From Ignavibacteria bacterium (lineage in GTDB: Bacteria > Bacteroidota > Ignavibacteria > UBA10030 > UBA6906), in contig QKGJ01000404.1 of NCBI GenBank assembly GCA_003251275.1, positions 1 through 56,725 of the forward strand: a DNA stretch of 56,725 nt, written 5' to 3'. Positions 50,705-56,725 of this stretch are shown here, piece after piece. Position numbers and translations under genes: made by a program. Within the stretch, counting starts at the first letter, position 1. Every line of letters starts with the position of its first letter. The notes beneath the pieces were generated by a model, which worked only from the letters and a program-made list of their open reading frames with translations, was not told the origin of the DNA and did no database searches.

Positions 50705-51400
50705 TTATTCGGGAATACCGTCCCGGTCGTTATCCTTAAACGCCGACCGAAACGACGCCTTGATGAGATCGTCAATCATGTCCGCGTTTTGAGGGTCTGT
50801 CGGATCGATCTCCACCCCATTGTTCGTAAACCACATATTAGGATCGACCACAAGTGTTACGTTGACCGGGACACCATCTTCTACACTGAGTGGAGGCGCG
50901 ATGTCCATCCGCTGCTCTGTGTTGCGACGGGACTTGTACACGAATGGCACCCCATTATACTCCCCTCGTACAATCACAGAAAATCTCTGGTCTCCACTTG
51001 AACCCTCACGAAATTCCGGATCGGGAATTGGTTCAGAATCTTCCGGCTTGTGGAGGTGAAATCTCACCTGATCATAGAGCCCCGCAGGAACTGGGGACAC
51101 CAGAAACTCCGTTGACCCACCGCTGAGCGCGAGTAATACGGCAACAGGTCCCACTTTCACGTCGAGTGAATCATCCGAGAGGGCATTGTGAAATTTCACC
51201 TGCTTCAGTAACACTTTTGCAGATTGCAGAACGATTGCCGTCCGTGCATCAGAAGAACCGGGCGTAGTGCTTGTCTTCAGGGTGAATGTCACATTCGCTG
51301 CGTTCGAGGGTCCTGTCGTCGAGTCATTGCAGGACGTCACTCCAGCCACAAGCAGGGCGAGAAGAAATGGTAAGGGGAAGCGGAACAAGGATTGTTTCAT
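50705..51400 (-). CDS. Uncharacterised lipoprotein (possibly DUF4382-like)
   Basis: Lipobox VTSC; VPAGLYDQVRF; C-terminal DNDRDG Ca-binding-like motif; AAGGAG SD. Confidence 0.7.
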   Translation of the reverse strand: MKQSLFRFPLPFLLALLVAGVTSCNDSTTGPSNAANVTFTLKTSTTPGSSDARTAIVLQSAKVLLKQVKFHNALSDDSLDVKVGPVAVLLALSGGSTEFLVSPVPAGLYDQVRFHLHKPEDSEPIPDPEFREGSSGDQRFSVIVRGEYNGVPFVYKSRRNTEQRMDIAPPLSVEDGVPVNVTLVVDPNMWFTNNGVEIDPTDPQNADMIDDLIKASFRSAFKDNDRDGIPE

Positions 51401-51584
51401 GATGATCTCCTTATGAAAATAAACTGTAACTGGTCACGAAAAACGCAATGAGCGTGCCAATGATCTATATCTGATATGAGGAGTGTTTATGGAGTTTATG
51501 TGACTGGAGACGGGGGACGGATGAGGAATCGGAGCTACAGTCTTATCACCCGGTGTGGCAGAGACGCCACAAGAAAAATGACTG

Positions 51585-52799
51585 TCACCCCGCAGGAGGT
51601 TCGAACATAATTGCCACAACGAACGCAAGAACCGAAATGAGGATTCCGTAGAGAAACACATTGTAGCAGATGCGAAGATACTTGTACTTTGTACCGAGGA
51701 CTTTGCCAAGAAAATAAAGGTCTTTAATCATCGCCCCGTACAAATAGTCCTTGTCCCTCATCATCTCATTCATGCCCCACTGAAATTCCTCCAGAGTGGC
51801 CTTGTGAAAGTTGCCAAAGAAAAGAAGGTTCACCTTCTTTGCCTGAATGTCCTCGCGGGTGAACGTCCCGGTATTGACCTTTGGGCGGGTCACAAGGATT
51901 GCGTAGATGATGGTCACAACGCACACCCCGAGCAACATAACGGTCGGAATCATGAACATTGGAAACTCCCCCAATCTACGAACAAGCAGCGAAACCACGA
52001 GGCTGATGATAATGGAACTGGTGCTGAGCAACAGGTTTGCCTTGTGATCCGCCATGGCGCTCAGTTCCAGGTGGTTCTTCGGGACGGTGCGGAACATTGT
52101 TTCAATTCCGCGTTCCGGCCGCAGTTCTTTTTGTCTTTTCTTTTCTTCCTTCTTCTGTTGATTTTGCTTTTTTTCTGAAAGCTCGATTCGATCATCAAGC
52201 TCTTCCCGCAGCTGGTCATGCAAAGCGGCGAGGTGCTTTACCCTTCTCTTTTGAAACCGGTCCTTTGCATATTCAGTGTGAAACTGATGCTTGGCCAGGA
52301 ACTCGATATTAATGTTCAGCCACTCGGCATTTGTAAAGGATTTGTTCATTCTCTTCTCAAATTCGAGCCGCATCAGGTCGCTCTTGAGAAAAAATCCCTT
52401 TCTTCCGATATGAGCAATATCCGCGTCGCATACCACTTCCTCAATATGGTTCCGCGGCTGTTGGGGGATTTTCGTGGCGCGAATAGATCCAAGAACTTTC
52501 TCAATGCGTTCTTCCGGGTACTCCTCCTTGTGCAGAAACTCTCTCGCCACCTCCACGCTGCGTTCTTCGTGCCCTTCCGCGGTCTCAATGTACCCGACAT
52601 CGTGGAACCACGCAGCAAGCAAAGCAATCTCTGCTTCCGTTTTGTTGAGTTCTTCTGCATCAGCAATTTGTTCACAGACTCTGACCACTTCTTCCGTGTG
52701 TGCAAAATTATGGTACAACGCCCAGGAGGGAGCGCGGGTGTTGAACATGTCGCTCACGAAGGAAGAGGCTTTGGAGATGATTGAGTTGTTTAACGTCAT
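51585..52799 (-). CDS. HD phosphohydrolase fused to Pycsar-effector-like membrane domain (DUF5706/PycTM)
   Basis: YHNFAHT, AAWFHDVG, DAD; coiled/basic linker; RGIETMFR..ADHKANLLL, TMs, NLLFFGNF, LG.VL..KY..LR. Confidence 0.82.
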   Translation of the reverse strand: MTLNNSIISKASSFVSDMFNTRAPSWALYHNFAHTEEVVRVCEQIADAEELNKTEAEIALLAAWFHDVGYIETAEGHEERSVEVAREFLHKEEYPEERIEKVLGSIRATKIPQQPRNHIEEVVCDADIAHIGRKGFFLKSDLMRLEFEKRMNKSFTNAEWLNINIEFLAKHQFHTEYAKDRFQKRRVKHLAALHDQLREELDDRIELSEKKQNQQKKEEKKRQKELRPERGIETMFRTVPKNHLELSAMADHKANLLLSTSSIIISLVVSLLVRRLGEFPMFMIPTVMLLGVCVVTIIYAILVTRPKVNTGTFTREDIQAKKVNLLFFGNFHKATLEEFQWGMNEMMRDKDYLYGAMIKDLYFLGKVLGTKYKYLRICYNVFLYGILISVLAFVVAIMFEPPAG

Positions 52800-53055
52800 A
52801 ATCGAACGGAGAAAACTGGATGCTAAAGTTCGTCAAACATAGTGAATTCCAATGAATCTGTCCACTTCTCATATCACAGGAATCAAACATCCGGAACCAT
52901 CTCAAATCGGTAGCGGAATTCACTCCTGCTAGGAGCTTGTCCCATGCAATCGACATGCTATTTGGCTTGTCGAAACCGCATCCTGGCGCATTCTCTTGGC
53001 AACTCCTCGCTGGTTTGGCTATATTTCCCTCCAATGCATCAAAACACACAAAGCG

Positions 53056-54132
53056 ATGAGTAATGGATTGAGCACCCGATGGCGTTACATTCTTGGCGGA
53101 TGGGGAGTTTATGCAATGTACATGAGCATTACGTCTTACGTGGTCAATGCTCGTCTCGGACAGCCAATCACGTTGGCAACCGCAATAGCTGCCGATTTTT
53201 CATACAGCGCGGTCTGGGTTCTGCTGACTCCGGTTGTGCTGTGGCTGGTCCATCAGTATAGGTTCGAAAAAGGTCGTCAATACAAAGTATTTTTGCTACA
53301 CCTGGGTGCGAGCGTACTTATTGCTCTCCTCCACAAGGCCGTCCATGGGGTTCTGTATTCTGTTTTTCGGCTTCTTGTGGAGGGCCAACCATTTTCGTGG
53401 GAGTTGCAGTATCGTGCAACCCTTGCCTATTTCGATTACGGGATTCAGGTCTATTGGATTATTCTTCTTCTCGATTATCTTCTCGAGTATTACAATCGCT
53501 TTCGGGAAAAGGAGCTCAGGGCTTCCCAGCTTGAATCCCAGCTTGCTCATTCCCAATTGAATGCCCTGAAAATGCAGCTGCAGCCGCATTTCCTGTTTAA
53601 CACACTCAATGCTATTTCGGTGCTCATCAAGAAAGATCCCGGCGTTGCGAGAACAATGCTCGGTAAATTGAGCGACCTGCTGCGATTCACTCTCGAAAAC
53701 GTCACGAGCCAGGAAATCTCCCTTCGCGTCGAGATGGACTATCTTGAGCGATACCTCAGCATCGAAAAGACCCGCTTTGAAGATCGGCTCACCGTGAAAA
53801 CAAACATTCCTTCAGAATTGCTCCACGCGCAAGTGCCCACAATGATCCTTCAGCCCCTGGTGGAGAATGCCATCAAGCATGGAGTTGCACAACAGCGCGG
53901 GCCTGCTTCCATCGAGGTGCATGCGAATCGTCATAACGGCGCTCTTCTTTTGCAGGTCATTGACAATGGCAAAGGTCTTCCGACAGCAGAGCATCTCCGG
54001 GAAGGAGTGGGATTGACTAACACCCGTGCACGATTGAACCGGTTGTATGGGTCAGCCTCATCGCTTGAACTCTCCGAATCACCTACAGGTGGAGTTGTTG
54101 CACAGATAACGATCCCATGGCACGAGCAATGA
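53056..54132 (+). CDS. LytS/YehU-type membrane sensor histidine kinase
   Basis: About 4 TMs; LKMQLQPHFLFNTLN; LQPLVENAIKHG; DNGKG; GVGLTN. Confidence 0.92.
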   Translation: MSNGLSTRWRYILGGWGVYAMYMSITSYVVNARLGQPITLATAIAADFSYSAVWVLLTPVVLWLVHQYRFEKGRQYKVFLLHLGASVLIALLHKAVHGVLYSVFRLLVEGQPFSWELQYRATLAYFDYGIQVYWIILLLDYLLEYYNRFREKELRASQLESQLAHSQLNALKMQLQPHFLFNTLNAISVLIKKDPGVARTMLGKLSDLLRFTLENVTSQEISLRVEMDYLERYLSIEKTRFEDRLTVKTNIPSELLHAQVPTMILQPLVENAIKHGVAQQRGPASIEVHANRHNGALLLQVIDNGKGLPTAEHLREGVGLTNTRARLNRLYGSASSLELSESPTGGVVAQITIPWHEQ

Positions 54133-54920
54133 AAAAGAAAAGTGAGGGCGGGCATCGCGAACTGCGCGTGCTCATTGTGGATGATGAGTCCCTTGCCCGC
54201 GATGGACTGCGCGAATTGCTTGAGGCGGAATCCGATATTCACATCGTAGGGGAATGTGCAGATGGGGTTGAAGCGATTGCCGCTCTCCGGGCAAAGAAAC
54301 CGGACATTGTGTTTCTTGACATTCAGATGCCTGAGCTCAGCGGATTCGATGTGGTACGGGAGGTGGGCCCAGCATTGATGCCGCTCGTCATTTTTGTTAC
54401 CGCATACGACGAGTTCGCGATCCGCGCATTCGACGTGAGCGCACTTGACTATCTTCTGAAACCGGTTGACCCGGGGCGCTTCAAGATTGCCCTCACCCGC
54501 GCCCGCTCCATCCGTGAGTCAAAAGATACTCTTGCGGTCAACCAGAAACTCGTGCAACTTCTCGAGGACATCAAAGCAGGGTCAGCGTACCTGGACCGGC
54601 TTCCCATGAGATCTTCGGGAAAGATCACTTTGCTGAATGTGCGGGAGATAGATTGGATCGACGCAGAGGGAGATTATATATGCGTGAACATGCAAGGAAA
54701 GAAGCATTTGATACGGGGAAAAATCAGCGAAATGGAACAACGGCTCGACCCGAAACAATTCGCCCGGATCCACCGCTCAATAATCGTCAACATCGCCCGG
54801 ATCAAGGAACTGGAACCGCTCTTCTACGGTGAGTATGCAGTCAAACTCCACAACGGAACGAAGCTCACCCTGAGCCGCACCTATCGTGAAAAGCTCTTTG
54901 CCCTCCTGAACCCAGCGTGA
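54129..54920 (+). CDS. LytTR family response regulator
   Basis: IVDDE, FLDIQMP, FVTAYD, DYLLKP; LytTR FARIHRSIIVN..LSRTY; ATGA overlap with kinase. Confidence 0.94.
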   Translation: MKKKSEGGHRELRVLIVDDESLARDGLRELLEAESDIHIVGECADGVEAIAALRAKKPDIVFLDIQMPELSGFDVVREVGPALMPLVIFVTAYDEFAIRAFDVSALDYLLKPVDPGRFKIALTRARSIRESKDTLAVNQKLVQLLEDIKAGSAYLDRLPMRSSGKITLLNVREIDWIDAEGDYICVNMQGKKHLIRGKISEMEQRLDPKQFARIHRSIIVNIARIKELEPLFYGEYAVKLHNGTKLTLSRTYREKLFALLNPA

Positions 54921-55054
54921 ACTAATTTCTGTCGCATCCTCCTGCATTTCGTCTCTTCATTACGGTTGTTTGTCTCAACGCGCTTCCACTTTTCCCCTCT
55001 CGAAAGTATTTTGCCTTGGTAGCAAAACACTTCTTCCACCCTGAAGAGAATACA

Positions 55055-56725
55055 ATGAAACAAATCTGGCGGCTCACGCTTGCGGCAACCCTTGGCATCG
55101 CTTTCGGCTTTCCATTCTCAGTACACTCACAAACCTTTACGAAGATCGCCACCGGTCCAATTGTCACCGACGGCGGCGCCTCCAGGAGCGTCAATTGGGT
55201 CGATTACGACAATGATGGATACCTTGACCTGTTTGTGAGCAACGGACTCGAGGGAGGACAAAACAACTTTCTGTACCGCAACAACCACGACAGTACATTT
55301 ATCAAAATAGCGACCGGCCCGCTGGTAACCGGTCATTCTCCCTCCGATGGAGCAAGCTGGGGTGATTTTGATAACGATGGCGATCTCGATGCGTTCGTCG
55401 TCGCATGGTATGATACAAACAATGCGTTCTATCTGAACGATGGGAGCGGCGGCTTCACCCAGACGGTCGCCGGCCAGCCTGTGAACGACCGTGGATATTC
55501 TGAAAATGCGAGTTGGGGCGACTTTGACAACGACGGCTATCTTGATCTGTACGTGACCAACAGCGGTTCACCGTCCCTTGGAGCAAAGGCAAACTTCCTG
55601 TACCGAAACAACGGCGACGGGACACTCTCGAAGATCATATCCGGTGAGGTCGTTACCGATGCGATGTTTTCCCGCGGGGTGTCCTGGGTGGACTATGATA
55701 ATGATAGCGATCTTGATCTCTTCATTACAAATGAGCGCGGTCAGAGCAACACCCTCTACAAGAATCTGCTGACAGAAACCGGACTGCCAAATTTTTCTGG
55801 GTTCCAAACCAATCCTTTGACCAATGACGGCGGTAACTCCTTTGGCGCAAGCTGGGGCGATGTCGATAACGACGGTGACCTAGATGTCTTCGTTGTCAAT
55901 GGCTGGCCTACTGCGCAACCAAATTTCTTCTACCTCAACAACGGCGATGGGACATTCGCGCGAGTTTTGAATGATACAATCGTGAAAACCCCCGGCTACC
56001 ATTTTGGCAGTGCGTGGGGGGATTTCGACAATGACGGCGATCTGGATCTGTATGTGACCACTGCCTATGGCCCATCGGCATCCAGAAACCTTCTTTATCA
56101 GAACCAACTCATAGAGACAGGAACGATCTCGTTTAACAGAGTTAGTGTGGGAAGCCCCGTTAATGACCTCGGTTACTCTTATGCGTGCGCGTGGGGAGAC
56201 TATGATCGGGACGGTGACCTTGACCTTGTAGTCGCAAAGACGTTCAATGAGAATGAAAACAATGCCCTCTATCGCAACGACAATAGTGCCGGGAACCATT
56301 GGCTCCATGTCCGCTGTGTTGGGACAACCTCGAACCGCAACGGCATTGGGGCAAGAATAATGGCCAGCGCCGTCATCGGCGGACAAATCGTCCGGCAATT
56401 GCGAGCCGTGGAAGGGCAAGGGGGTAACTGCTCGCAAAACCTCGATCAACACTTTGGCCTGGGCAACGCAATCTTTATCGATTCATTGAGGATTGAATGG
56501 CCCAGCGGCACGACGGATATCTACACGAACGTCGCTGTTGACCGTATTGTCACCGCACTTGAAGGGGCAGGACTTACCAGCGCGAAGGACAATAATGGAA
56601 ATTTTCCCAAAGAGATTGAGTTGTATCAGAATCATCCCAATCCCTTCAATCCTTCTACCAGAATTCGTTTTGCGCTCGGGACAGCAGGCTTTGCTTCATT
56701 GAGTGTCTATGACATGTTGGGGAGG
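55055..56725 (+). CDS. Secreted FG-GAP/VCBS beta-propeller + ASPIC/UnbV protein (CRTAC1-like) with T9SS-type tail; runs off window end
   Basis: Not in the ORF track because it has no stop. Manual translation MKQIWRLTLAATLGIAFG..; seven W(G/V)D(F/Y/V)DxDxxLD repeats; NHWL..GIGARI..HFGLG..IEWPSG; QNHPNPFNPST. Confidence 0.9.
   Translation, partial: MKQIWRLTLAATLGIAFGFPFSVHSQTFTKIATGPIVTDGGASRSVNWVDYDNDGYLDLFVSNGLEGGQNNFLYRNNHDSTFIKIATGPLVTGHSPSDGASWGDFDNDGDLDAFVVAWYDTNNAFYLNDGSGGFTQTVAGQPVNDRGYSENASWGDFDNDGYLDLYVTNSGSPSLGAKANFLYRNNGDGTLSKIISGEVVTDAMFSRGVSWVDYDNDSDLDLFITNERGQSNTLYKNLLTETGLPNFSGFQTNPLTNDGGNSFGASWGDVDNDGDLDVFVVNGWPTAQPNFFYLNNGDGTFARVLNDTIVKTPGYHFGSAWGDFDNDGDLDLYVTTAYGPSASRNLLYQNQLIETGTISFNRVSVGSPVNDLGYSYACAWGDYDRDGDLDLVVAKTFNENENNALYRNDNSAGNHWLHVRCVGTTSNRNGIGARIMASAVIGGQIVRQLRAVEGQGGNCSQNLDQHFGLGNAIFIDSLRIEWPSGTTDIYTNVAVDRIVTALEGAGLTSAKDNNGNFPKEIELYQNHPNPFNPSTRIRFALGTAGFASLSVYDMLGR

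Noticed and set aside
52841..52924. 10-bp inverted repeat AGTGAATTCC...GGAATTCACT as MITE ends
   Set aside because: Short, built on a self-palindromic GAATTC core, with no target-site duplication and no second copy in the window.

Overview
Gene-dense bacterial chromosomal segment, most consistent with an Ignavibacteria/Chlorobi-related Bacteroidota. This is an inference from three proteins with 'QN(F/Y/H)PNPFNPxT' T9SS-type C-terminal tails plus canonical TTGACA/TATAAT-like promoters and GGAGG Shine-Dalgarno sites. Left to right: (1) a metal-uptake operon with two DtxR/MntR regulators, one membrane-anchored with tandem FeoA domains, a split FeoB, and a perfect palindromic operator; (2) a Rieske oxygenase and lemA-htpX; (3) a split class II ribonucleotide reductase (nrdJa/nrdJb) preceded by a cobalamin riboswitch; (4) a secreted S8 protease, LolA-like protein, Na+/solute symporter, M24 peptidase and ABC exporter; (5) a cNMP-GAF histidine kinase; (6) glgA-gmhB-lipoprotein-beta barrel-glyA-tatC-polyprenyl synthase; (7) a candidate complete ceramide synthesis cluster (spt-bcerS-ilvE-usp with a divergent cerR-like reductase); (8) argCJBFRGH with tandem ARG boxes and no argD; (9) an accessory region with TPR, RidA, VOC and NmrA proteins, a 4xCHRD secreted protein, a lipoprotein cytochrome c, a non-canonical class III cyclase, gene debris, an HD-PycTM (DUF5706) fusion, a LytS/LytTR pair and a 7-blade FG-GAP/ASPIC protein running off the end. 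No tRNA, rRNA, CRISPR array or intact transposase was seen. All family calls come from motif recognition by eye, not database searches.
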